Below are positions 1-11,381 of a stretch of DNA of 32,000 bases, piece by piece. The translations under genes and the position numbers were made by a program. Under the pieces are notes generated by a model. The model saw only the letters and a list, made by a program, of their open reading frames with translations. It was not told the origin of the DNA and made no database searches. The stretch is taken from positions 1,170,001 to 1,202,000 of the forward strand of contig OY969931.1 of assembly GCA_963704705.1 (NCBI GenBank), in the 5' to 3' direction. The DNA is from an uncultured bacterium (GTDB lineage Bacteria > Patescibacteriota > Gracilibacteria > UBA1369 > PNNO01). How positions within the stretch are numbered: the stretch's first letter is position 1; the number at the start of each line of letters is the position of its first letter.

Positions 1-1
1 C

Positions 2-2086
2 GATGCACAAACTTTGGATAGAATCAAAGATATTTTAAACAGAAGCAATTGGGCTCTTAAAGAAATTTTTCTGGATGTGGAATCGGACAAAGATATGGAA
101 GTGCCAAAAAAACCTGAGGCTGAAGAGGAATCTGACATGCTGGAATTTGATAAAGAAAAAATTCTGGATCAGTTTAAAGATAACGGGCTGGTTAAGGATT
201 TTGAAGAGCGCGGTCCGCAAATTGAAATGGCTGAAAAAATTACAGATGCATTTAAAGATCATAAAAATTTAATAATTGAGGCGGGCACAGGCACAGGTAA
301 GTCGTTGGCGTATTTAATTCCATCTATTTATAAAGCTCTGAGCGATCAGACAACGGTTGTAATCGCGACGCACACAAAAAATCTGCAGGATCAGTTGTAC
401 AAAAAAGACCTGATTACAGCGCAAAAAGCAGTAGGTGCCAAATTTAAAACCGCAGTACTTAAAGGAAGGCAAAACTATTTGTCTGCCGAACGTTTGGCCC
501 AGTTTATGAAAAAGTCGTTTTTTTACGACCACGAAGTTACCATGTTGATTAAAATTTTAACGTGGCTTCCGCACACTGAAAACGGTGAAGTGGACGAGCT
601 GGCTTTGCAGGGGCGTGAACATTTTTCATGGCTTGATGTTTGTTGTGACGGGATTAAATGTCCGCATAATAAACCTGAATACGCAAACAAATGTTATCTT
701 TATCGTGCAAGACAAAAGGCTGCGAAAGCTGACCTGATTATTACAAATCACTCACTTGTTTTAACAGATACTATAGGCCCTACACAAATTTTACCTGAGT
801 ATAAATATCTGGTTGTGGATGAAGCACATCATCTTGAATCTGAGGCAACAAACGCATTAACAATCACTTTTACGCTCGATGGAATAAACAGGCCACTTGA
901 TAATCTTAAAGATCTGCTAAAACGCGAACCTGAATTTGTTGAGAAAATTGATGAGCTGCAAAGCAAAGTTGAAATGTTTTTTGGATTTTTGGGAATCTGT
1001 TATGAAAAGTTCATTAAGTACATAAATAATATTCAAAATTTAACGGTTAGTGATTATATTCGCGAATCTATTGAATGGGAAAGGCTAAAAAGCTCAACGG
1101 AATCAGTGGTTGTTAAAGCTGAAAATTTATATAAGAGTTTGCATGAATTTGCCGAGAACCATGACAATGAAGAATTCGCGAACTATGTTCAGTTCGAAAT
1201 GGAATCGATTGCGGAAATTGCCCGAAAACTGGGATTTGTGATTTTGGAGGACGGGGTGAGTGATTTTGGCCAGAGTATTGTCTGGATATTTGCGAAATAT
1301 GATGGTTCTCTTGGTATTAATTGTGCGCCTTTGCAGGTGCGTGAACATTTAAAAGGCACTTTGCTGCACGATAAAGAAAGCATAATTTTAACTTCAGCCA
1401 CTTTAACAGTTGATCATAAATTCGACTATATAAAGTATCAGCTTGGGCTTGATGATACTTTTGAAGGTGTAATGCTGGCTTCGCCATTTAAATATGAAGA
1501 TCAGGTTGAGGTTATTTTCTATAAAAACATGAAAGCGCCTGCCACCCCTGGTTATTTTGATGAAACCTGCGAAATAATTAAACGCGAAGCAATTGAAAAT
1601 GGCGGTAAAATGCTGGTTTTGTTCACAAGTAAAAAAGCCATTGAAGCTACATATTTAAAACTTGCGCCTGAACTTAAACTAAAAAATATTACTATTCTTG
1701 CACAGAATATGAGCGGAGGCAGAAATAAAATAATTGAACTTTTTAAGCAGGATCCAGATAATTGCGTGATTTTTGGAACAAACAGTTTTTGGGAAGGAAT
1801 AGACATAAAAGGCGGTGCACTAAACACTGTTATTATTCAAAAACTGCCGTTTGACCCGCCGGACGACCCTGTTCATTCGGCGAGGGGCAACTTATTTGAT
1901 AATTCATTTTTCGATTATCAGGTGCCGCGCGCGATTTTAAGGTTTAAGCAGGGCTTTGGCAGACTTATTCGTTCAACAAAAGACAGCGGACGTGTGATTG
2001 TTTTGGATTCGCGGGTTTTGAGCAAGTCGTATGGAGAACTGTTTTTGAATTCTTTGCCGGAGGGCGTGAAAATAAGCAGGATTTAA
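2..2086 (+). CDS. dinG: DinG/XPD-family ATP-dependent helicase, probably 5'-partial at window edge
   Basis: Walker A IEAGTGTGKSLAYLIPS, DEAH box VVDEAHHLES, Cys cluster CCDGIKC..NKC typical of Fe-S DinG/XPD helicases. Frame stays open upstream of the TTG at 14, so the real start is probably outside the window. Confidence 0.88.
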   Translation, partial: DAQTLDRIKDILNRSNWALKEIFLDVESDKDMEVPKKPEAEEESDMLEFDKEKILDQFKDNGLVKDFEERGPQIEMAEKITDAFKDHKNLIIEAGTGTGKSLAYLIPSIYKALSDQTTVVIATHTKNLQDQLYKKDLITAQKAVGAKFKTAVLKGRQNYLSAERLAQFMKKSFFYDHEVTMLIKILTWLPHTENGEVDELALQGREHFSWLDVCCDGIKCPHNKPEYANKCYLYRARQKAAKADLIITNHSLVLTDTIGPTQILPEYKYLVVDEAHHLESEATNALTITFTLDGINRPLDNLKDLLKREPEFVEKIDELQSKVEMFFGFLGICYEKFIKYINNIQNLTVSDYIRESIEWERLKSSTESVVVKAENLYKSLHEFAENHDNEEFANYVQFEMESIAEIARKLGFVILEDGVSDFGQSIVWIFAKYDGSLGINCAPLQVREHLKGTLLHDKESIILTSATLTVDHKFDYIKYQLGLDDTFEGVMLASPFKYEDQVEVIFYKNMKAPATPGYFDETCEIIKREAIENGGKMLVLFTSKKAIEATYLKLAPELKLKNITILAQNMSGGRNKIIELFKQDPDNCVIFGTNSFWEGIDIKGGALNTVIIQKLPFDPPDDPVHSARGNLFDNSFFDYQVPRAILRFKQGFGRLIRSTKDSGRVIVLDSRVLSKSYGELFLNSLPEGVKISRI

Positions 2087-3129
2087 TGGCGATAAGGGTC
2101 TTTAAACAAAGGGTGCCCGCCGCTAATGCTTTTTGAAGTTTGTTGTGCAATGCCTTGATCTAATTCAGCAAGTATTTCAAGTACTTTTGCTGCTTTAAGC
2201 ACTCTGCCTTCATATATTTCAAGTAAAACTTCCAATTGAAGACCTTCGGCTCGAGCATCTGCATTTGCTCTTACCGGTTCAGGAGTAAGCGCTTTTTTTG
2301 TTGCCCTTCTTCTTAATGATTCTTCATGCGGATCAAGAAAGCCTAAATCGCTGTAAATTGTTGTGTTTGGATTTCTTAAATATACTTCTTCACAAAGTTC
2401 TTTTGCTGTTTTTTTATCTCCAATTTTAATTAGCCAGTCACCATACGAAGCTACAACGTCTTCCATAAGACTATATAAATCTTCTTCAGCATCTTCAGGT
2501 AATCTGTTTAAATCTATGGTTCCGAGTAATGCCGTATTTAAAGCTGATTCAAAGCTTATTCGTACTTTTGAAACAATTTCGTCAATTGTTTGTTCATCAA
2601 GTTGACTTCTTAAATAATTTGCATATAAAAGTTCAGCTTCGGCCTGCATATTTATTGCTTCCTGAATCCCGGGTATGTGTTTATTAAAAGTCTTAAGTAA
2701 AGTAACTATTCTTAAAATATTTAAACGGTCATAACTTCTGAATTGCTCGTTTGTTATACCGTCATAATAATTCAAATGAATATCACCTACATCTTTTACC
2801 AAATCCCATGCTGAAAAACCGTCGTTTAATAATTCAGAAACTTTAATATAGCTATCCATTTCAGTAAAAAACCTCATTGATAATTCATTCGGATCGCCTC
2901 CTGCGATTTGCCCGGAAAGCTCCTGGTGTAAAGTTTCGGCTGTTATAATTAATAAATCTTTATGATCTTCAGGATTTTCATCAATCAGCCTTAATTTGGC
3001 TTCTGTTTCATTCAATTTTGAGTCTTCGGGAATTCTTTTTCTTTTAAGGTTACCGTAAAAATCTAACAATTCACGAAGTTGGTCTTGATTTTGAGGCATT
3101 TCAAACATAAATGAATTAATTATTTGCAA
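2083..3129 (-). CDS. hypothetical protein (348 aa)
   Basis: Long ORF, convergent with the helicase with a 4-bp overlap; no recognised family motif. Confidence 0.75.
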   Translation of the reverse strand: MQIINSFMFEMPQNQDQLRELLDFYGNLKRKRIPEDSKLNETEAKLRLIDENPEDHKDLLIITAETLHQELSGQIAGGDPNELSMRFFTEMDSYIKVSELLNDGFSAWDLVKDVGDIHLNYYDGITNEQFRSYDRLNILRIVTLLKTFNKHIPGIQEAINMQAEAELLYANYLRSQLDEQTIDEIVSKVRISFESALNTALLGTIDLNRLPEDAEEDLYSLMEDVVASYGDWLIKIGDKKTAKELCEEVYLRNPNTTIYSDLGFLDPHEESLRRRATKKALTPEPVRANADARAEGLQLEVLLEIYEGRVLKAAKVLEILAELDQGIAQQTSKSISGGHPLFKDPYRH

Positions 3130-3206
3130 GGATACAATTTAAAACTAAAGATGTGTTATTGTCAAGTCTTTTTGACCTTGATAATGTAATTATTTGTTTT
3201 TCAGTA

Positions 3207-3235
3207 TTGACATTTTTAGGGGCGGTTACTAGAAT
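3207..3235 (+). promoter_or_regulatory. sigma70-like promoter of the V/A-ATPase operon
   Basis: TTGACA (3207-3212), 17 nt, TAGAAT (3230-3235); first ORF starts at 3262. Confidence 0.7.
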
Positions 3236-3261
3236 CTTTTGGACAATAAACCAATATAGCT

Positions 3262-3582
3262 ATGACTAACGACCCAGTACAACAAATTAAAGAGGCAGAG
3301 GCTAAAGCCAGCCAAAAAATTGCAGATCTAAATAAAAGACATCATACAGACCTGGAAGAATACAGGATCAAGAAAGAAAAAGACCTTGAAGAATCAAAGG
3401 AAAGTTTAAGAAAAAAAGGTCAGGAATCATTGGAAAAAGCAAAGCAGGAGGCTATGACTGAATTTAAAAAAATTACTGAAGATGAAGATCACAGAAGATC
3501 TTCTCTTATTAGTGCAGCTAGTTCTAAAAAAGGCGAAGCTGTAAAATTGATTACTCAAGCATTTGAAAAACAATTAACTTAA
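3262..3582 (+). CDS. V/A-type ATPase subunit H/G-like (peripheral stalk coiled coil)
   Basis: 106-aa charged coiled coil at the head of the ATPase operon. Confidence 0.6.
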   Translation: MTNDPVQQIKEAEAKASQKIADLNKRHHTDLEEYRIKKEKDLEESKESLRKKGQESLEKAKQEAMTEFKKITEDEDHRRSSLISAASSKKGEAVKLITQAFEKQLT

Positions 3583-3603
3583 TATTAACGCGCTCAAAGA
3601 GAT

Positions 3604-5586
3604 ATGGCTGTAATAGCAATGCAAAAAGTAAAACTTGTTGGTCTGACTGCTCACAAGCAGAAGCTGCTTGATACAATGCAGAGGCTGGGAGTAATGGAAG
3701 TAACTGAAATAATAGGCGACAAAAAAGAAGCTCTAGATCAAGTAAAACTCGAAGCTGCACAGGGTGTGGAACTAAATATTGCCAATATTGAGTTTGCTCT
3801 TAAACTTATTAAGCCTTTTGCCAAACAAAGGTCTTTGTTTGAGGGCCCGCTTACTATGAGTATTGATGATGTTAAGAAAAAAGCACATGAATATGATTTT
3901 GATGAAGTTATTGCTAAATGCCGTGAAATAGAAGATATTCAGGTTGGTCTTAAAAACGAACAGGCTGCTTTAATACAGACAAAAGATGAGCTTGAACCTT
4001 GGGCAAAATTAAAAACCCAGCTTGATCACCTTGGTGAAACAGATACAACCTATACTTTATTAGGAGTTGTTCAAAAAACTTCTTTTGATGAATTTAAAAA
4101 AGCAGTAACAGAAATTTCTAAGCTTGTTAATCTTGAAAAAGTAAACGAAACAGAATCAACTGTTTATTTATGTCTTACATTTACAAAAGATCTTGCTAAA
4201 AAAGCACGTGAAGTAATGATGGAATATAAATTCAGTGAAACAGAACTTCCAAATGTTTCAAGATCAGCAAGAAAAGAAATTGAGAAAATTGAAGACAGAC
4301 TTAATGAAATCGAAGGCGAACTTGAAACACAGGATGATGCTTTAAAGATTATTGCAAAAGAAAATAATAATTTACAAATAGTTCACGACTTCTTTGTTTG
4401 GGAAAGAGACCGAATTTACGCTGAGCAGATGGCGGAGAACACAGATTACAGTTTTGCATTTGAAGGATGGGTGCCAATCAGGCAAATCAAAAAAATTAAA
4501 GAAACACTTGAAGATCAAACAAAAGCATTTGATTTGGTCGAGGTTGAACCTAATGAAGGTGAGCAGGCTCCGGTTGCAATAGTAAATAAAGGGATTTTCG
4601 GAACATTCGAAGCAGTTACAAATATATATGGACTGCCTTTGCCAAGAGAAGTTGATCCAACACCGTTTTTGGCTGGATTCTTTATTATATTCTTTGGACT
4701 TTGTTTGACTGATGCCGGATACGGAATAGTTTTATTTGTAGTTTGTGCTTTGGCACTTAAATTTTTGAAATTTAATGAAGGAATGAAGAAACTTGTTAAG
4801 TTAATAATGCTCGGAGGTATAGTTACTTTTATCCTTGGAGCTTTATTTGGAGGATGGTTCGGAATGACACCTGAACAGGCTCCTGGATTCTTAACTTTCA
4901 CAAATTCGGATGGTGATTTAGCATTTAAATGGCAGGTAATTAATCCAACTAGGGGTAACGGACCATTAATGTTCTTGATACTTGCGGGTATCCTTGGATA
5001 TTTACAGGTGTTATTTGGAATTTTAATTGATGGATTCTGGAAGATTAAACTCGGAAAAGTTTGGGATGCTATATTCGATAGTTTCTTTTGGTTTTACTTC
5101 CTTGTAATTATGGGATTATTCGGGCTTTCTCAGGCAGGAATTTTCCTTGGAGATTATAAAAGCGCAATTGTATGGCTTGTTTGGATTGGTGTTGCAGGCC
5201 TTGTGCTTACGCAGGGAAGATCACAAAAAAATATTGTACTTAAATTTTTAAGCGGAGTGCTTTCGTTATATGGAATCGTTGGATACTTCGCTGATATATT
5301 GAGCTACTCTCGTTTAATGGCACTCGGACTCGGAACAGGTATTATTGGATTTGCATTCAATACTATTGCAGGACTTGTAAGTCCTATTCCATTCCTTGGA
5401 ATAATATTTGCAATAATTGTTATACTAATAGGACATACTTTAAATATCGCGATCTCAACTTTGGGCGCATATATCCACTCTTCACGTCTTCAGTTTGTGG
5501 AATTCTTCGGTAAGTTTATGGAAGGCGGAGGAAGAGCCTGGAAACCCTTACGTAAAGCATGTAAATACATAATTATAACCCAATAA
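3604..5586 (+). CDS. ntpI: V/A-type ATP synthase subunit I
   Basis: 660 aa; soluble N-terminal coiled-coil domain plus multi-TM C-terminal domain (GLCLTDAGYGI..., SYSRLMALGLGTGIIG), typical of subunit a/I; operon context. Confidence 0.93.
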   Translation: MAVIAMQKVKLVGLTAHKQKLLDTMQRLGVMEVTEIIGDKKEALDQVKLEAAQGVELNIANIEFALKLIKPFAKQRSLFEGPLTMSIDDVKKKAHEYDFDEVIAKCREIEDIQVGLKNEQAALIQTKDELEPWAKLKTQLDHLGETDTTYTLLGVVQKTSFDEFKKAVTEISKLVNLEKVNETESTVYLCLTFTKDLAKKAREVMMEYKFSETELPNVSRSARKEIEKIEDRLNEIEGELETQDDALKIIAKENNNLQIVHDFFVWERDRIYAEQMAENTDYSFAFEGWVPIRQIKKIKETLEDQTKAFDLVEVEPNEGEQAPVAIVNKGIFGTFEAVTNIYGLPLPREVDPTPFLAGFFIIFFGLCLTDAGYGIVLFVVCALALKFLKFNEGMKKLVKLIMLGGIVTFILGALFGGWFGMTPEQAPGFLTFTNSDGDLAFKWQVINPTRGNGPLMFLILAGILGYLQVLFGILIDGFWKIKLGKVWDAIFDSFFWFYFLVIMGLFGLSQAGIFLGDYKSAIVWLVWIGVAGLVLTQGRSQKNIVLKFLSGVLSLYGIVGYFADILSYSRLMALGLGTGIIGFAFNTIAGLVSPIPFLGIIFAIIVILIGHTLNIAISTLGAYIHSSRLQFVEFFGKFMEGGGRAWKPLRKACKYIIITQ

Positions 5587-5588
5587 AT

Positions 5589-6074
5589 ATGTTTGAAATC
5601 ACAACAGGATTGGCACTCGCAGTGGGCGGAGCAGCACTTTCTGCAGCACTCGGCGGCATCGGATCATCTATCGGTGTTGGAATTGCCGGTCAGTCAGGAA
5701 CAGGAGTGATCAGTGAAAAACCTGAACTTTTTGGTAAGATCCTACTTTTGCAGGCTCTTCCAGGTACACAGGGTATCTATGGATTCCTTGGTGCGCTTCT
5801 AATCCTTATCCAGGTAGGAATAATCGGAGGCGGAGGCGCTGAAATCAGCCTTTCAACAGGATGGCAGTTTTTCTTTGCTGGTTTACCGGTTGGTCTTGCT
5901 GGTCTTGCTTCTGGTATTTATCAGGGTAGAGTATCTGCTTCTGGTTTAAACGCAGTTGCAAAAGACGCTACTAACACAGGTAAAGCGGTAATCATGGCAG
6001 CGATGGTAGAAACATACGCTGTACTTGGACTTTTGGTATCTGTACTTTTGATCTTTGGTATTAAAGTAGCTTAA
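5589..6074 (+). CDS. ntpK: V/A-type ATP synthase subunit K (proteolipid)
   Basis: Double-hairpin proteolipid with LPGTQGIYGF and VETYAVLGLL motifs. Confidence 0.95.
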   Translation: MFEITTGLALAVGGAALSAALGGIGSSIGVGIAGQSGTGVISEKPELFGKILLLQALPGTQGIYGFLGALLILIQVGIIGGGGAEISLSTGWQFFFAGLPVGLAGLASGIYQGRVSASGLNAVAKDATNTGKAVIMAAMVETYAVLGLLVSVLLIFGIKVA

Positions 6075-6149
6075 TTGAAATCATTGTTTATTGTAGAGCT
6101 CCTTTAAACAAGGGGGCTCCCTGAAAATAATGATATAACCCAATATAAA

Positions 6150-6716
6150 ATGGCTTTAGCAGATATCCTTGAAGAAATTAAAAAGGAAGCTGACGGAAAA
6201 CTAAAAACTCTTGAAAAAGAGCATGCTGACAAACTTAAAGGTCTTGATACCCAGTTTGATGAAAAGAAAAAAACAGCGGAAGCTGAAATGGATGAACAGG
6301 TAGCTGAAAATTCCAAGAAAATCCTGAATAAAATGACAACTCACGCAAAGATGGAAGCAAAAAATAAATTAATGAGAGAAAAACGTGAATTAATGGAAGG
6401 TATTTTTGAAGAAGCTTTGGATCAATTGGTAAATAGTTCTAATTATCAGGAAATTCTTGTCAGTTTACTAAAACATTCAAAAATTGGTGACGGCGACGTA
6501 ACTGTTTGCCCTGCAAAAGGAAAAGAAGCTGAAACAAAAGCAGCAATTCATGCTGCGGGAAAAGACTATAAATTAAGTGATAAACCATTGAATATAAAAG
6601 GCGGATTTGTGCTTACAACAGACAAAATCGAAATCGACAACTCATTTGAATCAATTCTTTACAAGCAATTAAAAGACGACCTTGAACTAGAGGTTGCTCA
6701 AAGTTTATTTTCATAA
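6150..6716 (+). CDS. ntpE: V/A-type ATP synthase subunit E
   Basis: 188-aa stalk protein (ALADILEEIKKEADGKLKTLEKE...); position between K and C. Confidence 0.85.
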   Translation: MALADILEEIKKEADGKLKTLEKEHADKLKGLDTQFDEKKKTAEAEMDEQVAENSKKILNKMTTHAKMEAKNKLMREKRELMEGIFEEALDQLVNSSNYQEILVSLLKHSKIGDGDVTVCPAKGKEAETKAAIHAAGKDYKLSDKPLNIKGGFVLTTDKIEIDNSFESILYKQLKDDLELEVAQSLFS

Positions 6717-6719
6717 ATT

Positions 6720-7739
6720 ATGGATAACACATCATTCGCACAATCAGTGGCATGGATAAGAGTTCTGGAGACAAAATTGCTTTCAGAGAACGAGCTTGAT
6801 CGTATGGTTTTGGCTCCGAATGCAAAAGATGCTTATAAAATTCTTAATGAAACAGATTATTCTTCGTTTATCGGTGATAATGTTGATAATTTTCAGGAAG
6901 TTATCAATGCGGGATTAAAAGAATCAAAAGAACTTGTTGAGAGAATTGTTCCTTATAAAGACATATTTAATATTCTTTGGTTCAGATATGACTTTCACAA
7001 CATGAAAGTTATGTTAAAGGCAAAGAACAGCGGTAAGGCTTTTGAGGATGTTGCCGATTACTGTTATGACTTTGGTGCGGTTGCTCTTGAAAGAATGCGC
7101 AAATTCGTAATGGACTCGGAAGATGCGGGATTCGGACTTAGTGAAGTATTTGAAAAATACATTAAAGAAAGCGCAAAACTTGCACAGGCGGAATTTGAAA
7201 AAACAAATGATCCTCAAATGATTGATATTGTTTTGGATAAAAGATTCTGCTGGATTATAAATGACCTTTCAGAAAAAAGCGGAAATAAATTCTTGGATGA
7301 ATTCACAAATAAATATATTGATCTTAAAAATGTTGAGCTGTTTATGCGGCTTAAAATTCAAAAACGTGAAGAGGATTTGTTGGAAAAAGGATTTATTGAG
7401 GGCGGAACACTTGAAAAATACAGATTTATTGATAGCTTTAGAAAAGACATTGCTGATTTTGCTGAAAGCATGCGGCACACTGACTACGGAGATATTATAA
7501 GAGATGCGGTAAAAGGTTACGAAGAAGAAAAATCTTTTGTAAAACTTGATAAACTTTCATACGACTACCTTAATAATTATATTCAGAGCGCAAAGAGAAT
7601 GGCTCTTGGCCCTGAACCGGTTTTTGCTTATTTCTGGGCAAAAAAGAACAATGCACAGATTATAAGAAGTGTGATGGTTGGCAAACTTAATGATGTTGAA
7701 CCTGATCACATCCGAAAAATGATTCGTAACTTATATTAA
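6720..7739 (+). CDS. ntpC: V/A-type ATP synthase subunit C
   Basis: 339-aa V-ATPase C/AC39-like sequence in operon context. Confidence 0.88.
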   Translation: MDNTSFAQSVAWIRVLETKLLSENELDRMVLAPNAKDAYKILNETDYSSFIGDNVDNFQEVINAGLKESKELVERIVPYKDIFNILWFRYDFHNMKVMLKAKNSGKAFEDVADYCYDFGAVALERMRKFVMDSEDAGFGLSEVFEKYIKESAKLAQAEFEKTNDPQMIDIVLDKRFCWIINDLSEKSGNKFLDEFTNKYIDLKNVELFMRLKIQKREEDLLEKGFIEGGTLEKYRFIDSFRKDIADFAESMRHTDYGDIIRDAVKGYEEEKSFVKLDKLSYDYLNNYIQSAKRMALGPEPVFAYFWAKKNNAQIIRSVMVGKLNDVEPDHIRKMIRNLY

Positions 7740-7781
7740 ACAGAGCGCAGCGCTAGCGGAGCTCTAAAATCCCTATAAAAT

Positions 7782-8141
7782 ATGGCAAAAGAACAATACA
7801 AATTGGCAATTATCGGAACAAAAGACCAAATTTTAGGCTTTAAAGCTTTGGGAGCAACTGCTGTAAATGCGGGCAATGCCGACGAAGCAAAAGAAAGACT
7901 TTTTGAACTTGTTGCTGAAGAAATTGAACTTGAAGACGGAGAAACAAGAAAAAAATACGCAATTATTTTTATTCTTGAGGAGTATATGGCTACGCTTACC
8001 AAAGAAGATTACAAAAAACTTAATAAAGAAGCTTTACCTGCTGTTGTGCCAATCCCTGGCGTTAAAGGAACTGCCGGATTCGGATTAACACGAATTAAAA
8101 GAATGGTGGAACAGGCGGTTGGAAGCGATATATTCGGGTGA
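7782..8141 (+). CDS. ntpF: V/A-type ATP synthase subunit F
   Basis: 119-aa protein, LAIIGTKDQILGFKALG...YAIIFILEEYM; ends with TGA. Confidence 0.85.
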   Translation: MAKEQYKLAIIGTKDQILGFKALGATAVNAGNADEAKERLFELVAEEIELEDGETRKKYAIIFILEEYMATLTKEDYKKLNKEALPAVVPIPGVKGTAGFGLTRIKRMVEQAVGSDIFG

Positions 8142-8190
8142 TACACTAAGTAACCCCCCCCTTACTAAGTAACTAATTAAATTTATACAT

Positions 8191-9951
8191 ATGGAAAAAC
8201 AAGGAACAATTATAAAGGTGTCTGGGCCGCTTGTAGTGGCTAAGGGCATGGAAGGGGCACTAATGTACGAAGTAGTACGTGTGTCTGATAAAAAACTTAT
8301 CGGTGAGATCATCGGTATTGATGGAGATAAGGCTTCAATTCAGGTATATGAAGAAACTGCCGGAGTTGGTCCTGGTGAGCCGGTTTATCCAACTGGTGAA
8401 ACCATGACAGTTGAACTTGGCCCTGGATTATTGCAGTCAATCTACGACGGTATCCAGAGACCTCTGCCTTTGCTTCAAAAAGCTGCAGGTGAATATATTA
8501 CAAGAGGAATTGATGTACCAGGACTTGATAGGGAGAAAACATGGGATTTCCAGGCAAAGAAATCAACAGGCGACAAAGTGGTTGGAGGCGATGTTTTGGG
8601 AGTAGTGCAGGAAACTTCACTTATTGAGCACAGAATTATGTGTCCGCCTGCTATAAGCGGAACAGTAAAAGAAATTAAAAGCGGATCTCACAATATCGAG
8701 GCGGTTATTGCAGTAATTGAAGACGCTGACGGAAAAGAACACAAAGTTACAATGTTACAGAAATGGCCTATCAGAAACCCAAGACCGGTTAAAACCAAAG
8801 CGGTTCCAAATAAACCGCTTGTGAGTGGAACAAGAATTCTTGATACGCTTTTCCCATTGGCTAAGGGTGGTGCAGGTTGTATTCCCGGGCCGTTCGGAGC
8901 AGGAAAAACAGTAACACAGCAGACACTTGCAAAGTTCTGTGATGCGGAAATTATCGTTTACATCGGTTGCGGAGAACGCGGTAACGAGATGACTGATGTA
9001 CTTATGGAATTCCCTGAACTGGAAGATCCAAATACAGGAGAAAAATTGATGAAACGTACGGTTATGGTGGCTAACACTTCTAACATGCCGGTAGCTGCAC
9101 GTGAAGCGTCAATTTATACAGGTGTAACTATCGCTGAATACTTTAGAGATATGGGATACAGTGTTGCGCTTATGGCGGATTCGACTTCTAGATGGGCTGA
9201 GGCTTTACGTGAAATGTCGGGTCGTCTTGAAGAAATGCCGGGTGAAGAAGGATATCCTGCTTACCTTGGTTCAAGAACAGCGCAGTTCTATGAAAGATCA
9301 GGAATCGTTAAATGTTTGGGAAATGAAGAAAGAGAAGGTTCGCTTACACTTATTGGAGCGGTATCGCCTCCGGGTGGAGACCTTTCTGAACCGGTTACAC
9401 AGAACACTCTTCGTGTAACAAAAGTATTCTGGGGATTGGATGCAAAACTTGCGTACAGACGTCACTTCCCGGCTATTAACTGGCTTTCGTCTTATACACT
9501 TTATGTAGATAACATTAAAGATTACTGGAAGAATGAAATCTCACCTGATTTTGCTGAAACAAGAACACAGGCAATGAGTATTCTTCAGCAGGAAGCAAAG
9601 CTTGAGGAAATCGTTAGATTAGTTGGTATGGACGCTTTAAGTCCAAAAGAACGTCTTACTATGACAACTGCAAAGTCGATTAGAGAAGACTTTTTATTCC
9701 AGAACGCATTCGACAAAGTTGATGCTTTCACACCGCTTAAAAAGCAATTTATGATGCTTAAATCAATCATGAATATCTACAACATTGCTCAAAATGTGGT
9801 TGATGATGAAGATTTCAACTTTGAAGACCTGTTAAATCTTCCTTGTATGGAAAGAGTAACAAAATGTAAGAATATCGCTCCTGATGCAGAAGATGAATTC
9901 AAAAAGCTTTGGGAAGATACAGAGCGTGAAATTATGAGTCTGCAGAAATAA
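8191..9951 (+). CDS. ntpA: V/A-type ATP synthase catalytic subunit A
   Basis: 586 aa; P-loop [44 protein letters not shown]. Confidence 0.98.
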   Translation: MEKQGTIIKVSGPLVVAKGMEGALMYEVVRVSDKKLIGEIIGIDGDKASIQVYEETAGVGPGEPVYPTGETMTVELGPGLLQSIYDGIQRPLPLLQKAAGEYITRGIDVPGLDREKTWDFQAKKSTGDKVVGGDVLGVVQETSLIEHRIMCPPAISGTVKEIKSGSHNIEAVIAVIEDADGKEHKVTMLQKWPIRNPRPVKTKAVPNKPLVSGTRILDTLFPLAKGGAGCIPGPFGAGKTVTQQTLAKFCDAEIIVYIGCGERGNEMTDVLMEFPELEDPNTGEKLMKRTVMVANTSNMPVAAREASIYTGVTIAEYFRDMGYSVALMADSTSRWAEALREMSGRLEEMPGEEGYPAYLGSRTAQFYERSGIVKCLGNEEREGSLTLIGAVSPPGGDLSEPVTQNTLRVTKVFWGLDAKLAYRRHFPAINWLSSYTLYVDNIKDYWKNEISPDFAETRTQAMSILQQEAKLEEIVRLVGMDALSPKERLTMTTAKSIREDFLFQNAFDKVDAFTPLKKQFMMLKSIMNIYNIAQNVVDDEDFNFEDLLNLPCMERVTKCKNIAPDAEDEFKKLWEDTEREIMSLQK

Positions 9952-9972
9952 TTAATCTAACCTTTATATAAA

Positions 9973-11379
9973 ATGCAAAAAGAATATAAATCAGTTAAAT
10001 CTATTGCCGGACCACTCGTGATGATTGAAGGCGTTGAGGGTATCAAATACGAGGAACTCGTTGAAATCACAACCGCTTCAGGTGAGATACGGCAGGGTAA
10101 AGTGCTTGAAGCACGTGAAGGTATGGCTGTTGTACAGATGTTCGAAAGTACACAGGGTGTAGGTGCTGAAGGTTCAAAAGCAAGATTCCTTGGAAAAACA
10201 CTTCAACTGGGCGTTTCTAAAGACATGCTTGGACGCGTGTTTGACGGAAGAGGACGACCTATTGATGGCGGAGCTGAAATTATTGCTGAGAAGAAACTTG
10301 ATATCGCTGGTAACCCGTTAAATCCAAATGCACGTGATTATCCAAACGATTTCTACCAGACAGGAATCTCTACAATCGACTGTATGAACACGCTTGTTCG
10401 AGGCCAGAAGCTTCCTATCTTCTCTGGTGCGGGTCTTCCGCATGCGCAGATTGCAGCACAGATTGCTCGTCAGGCAAAAGTAATTAAAGTAAATGACGCA
10501 GGTGAAATTCAGGCAGGAGAAGGAAACGATGAAAACTTCGCGGTAGTGTTTGCTGCGATGGGTGTGACATTTGAAGAAGCAGAATACTTTACAAACGAAT
10601 TCAAAAAAACAGGTGCGATTGAACGTTCGGTTCTATTTATCAACACTGCGGACGATCCGGTTGTTGAAAGAATTGCGACACCTCGTATGGCGCTTACTAC
10701 AGCTGAATATTTGGCATTCGAAAAAGGCATGCACGTACTTGTAATCCTTACTGACCTTACAAACTATTGTGAGGCGCTTCGTGAGGTGAGTGCGGCACGT
10801 AAAGAGGTGCCTGGACGTCGTGGTTACCCTGGTTACTTATATACCGATCTTGCGACTCTATACGAAAGAGCCGGTCGTGTAAAAGGTAAGGAAGGGTCAA
10901 TTACGCAAATTCCGATTTTGACCATGCCTGAAGATGATATTACGCATCCGATTCCGGATTTGACAGGATATATTACTGAAGGACAAATTGTACTTGCACG
11001 TGATTTACACGCGCAGGGTATCTACCCTAATATTAACGTGTTGCCTTCACTTTCACGTTTGAAAGATAAAGGTATCGGACCAGGAAAAACCCGTGAAGAT
11101 CATTCAGGTGTTATGAACCAGTTGTTCGCGGCTTATGCACGTGGTAAAGAAGTACGTGAGCTTGCGGTTATCCTTGGTGAAGCTGCGCTTTCTGAAGCTG
11201 ACTTGGCTTTCTTAAAATTCGCTAATGAATTTGAAGATAAATATGTAAGACAAGCTGAATCAGAAGACCGAGACATCATCAAATCACTTACAATGGGATG
11301 GGAACTGCTAAAACTGCTTCCTGAAAACGAACTAAAACGTGTTAAACCTGAATACATCGAAAAATATATGACTAAATAA
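9973..11379 (+). CDS. ntpB: V/A-type ATP synthase subunit B
   Basis: 468 aa; [29 protein letters not shown]. Confidence 0.98.
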   Translation: MQKEYKSVKSIAGPLVMIEGVEGIKYEELVEITTASGEIRQGKVLEAREGMAVVQMFESTQGVGAEGSKARFLGKTLQLGVSKDMLGRVFDGRGRPIDGGAEIIAEKKLDIAGNPLNPNARDYPNDFYQTGISTIDCMNTLVRGQKLPIFSGAGLPHAQIAAQIARQAKVIKVNDAGEIQAGEGNDENFAVVFAAMGVTFEEAEYFTNEFKKTGAIERSVLFINTADDPVVERIATPRMALTTAEYLAFEKGMHVLVILTDLTNYCEALREVSAARKEVPGRRGYPGYLYTDLATLYERAGRVKGKEGSITQIPILTMPEDDITHPIPDLTGYITEGQIVLARDLHAQGIYPNINVLPSLSRLKDKGIGPGKTREDHSGVMNQLFAAYARGKEVRELAVILGEAALSEADLAFLKFANEFEDKYVRQAESEDRDIIKSLTMGWELLKLLPENELKRVKPEYIEKYMTK

Positions 11380-11381
11380 AC

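Noticed and set aside
4515-4901. Minus-strand ORFs inside the ATPase genes (4515-4901, 7014-7217, 10509-10730, 11133-11357, 1552-1827)
   Set aside because: Shadow ORFs of well-conserved subunit genes and the helicase.
7261-7500. Overlapping plus-frame ORFs (7261-7500, 7867-8088, 9161-9418, 4394-4582)
   Set aside because: Out-of-frame ORFs within recognised ATPase subunit genes.
8140-8190. Hairpin-like CTAAGTAACCCCCCCCTTACTAAG between subunits F and A
   Set aside because: Small, unique, within an operon; may be a translational or processing element but evidence is weak.
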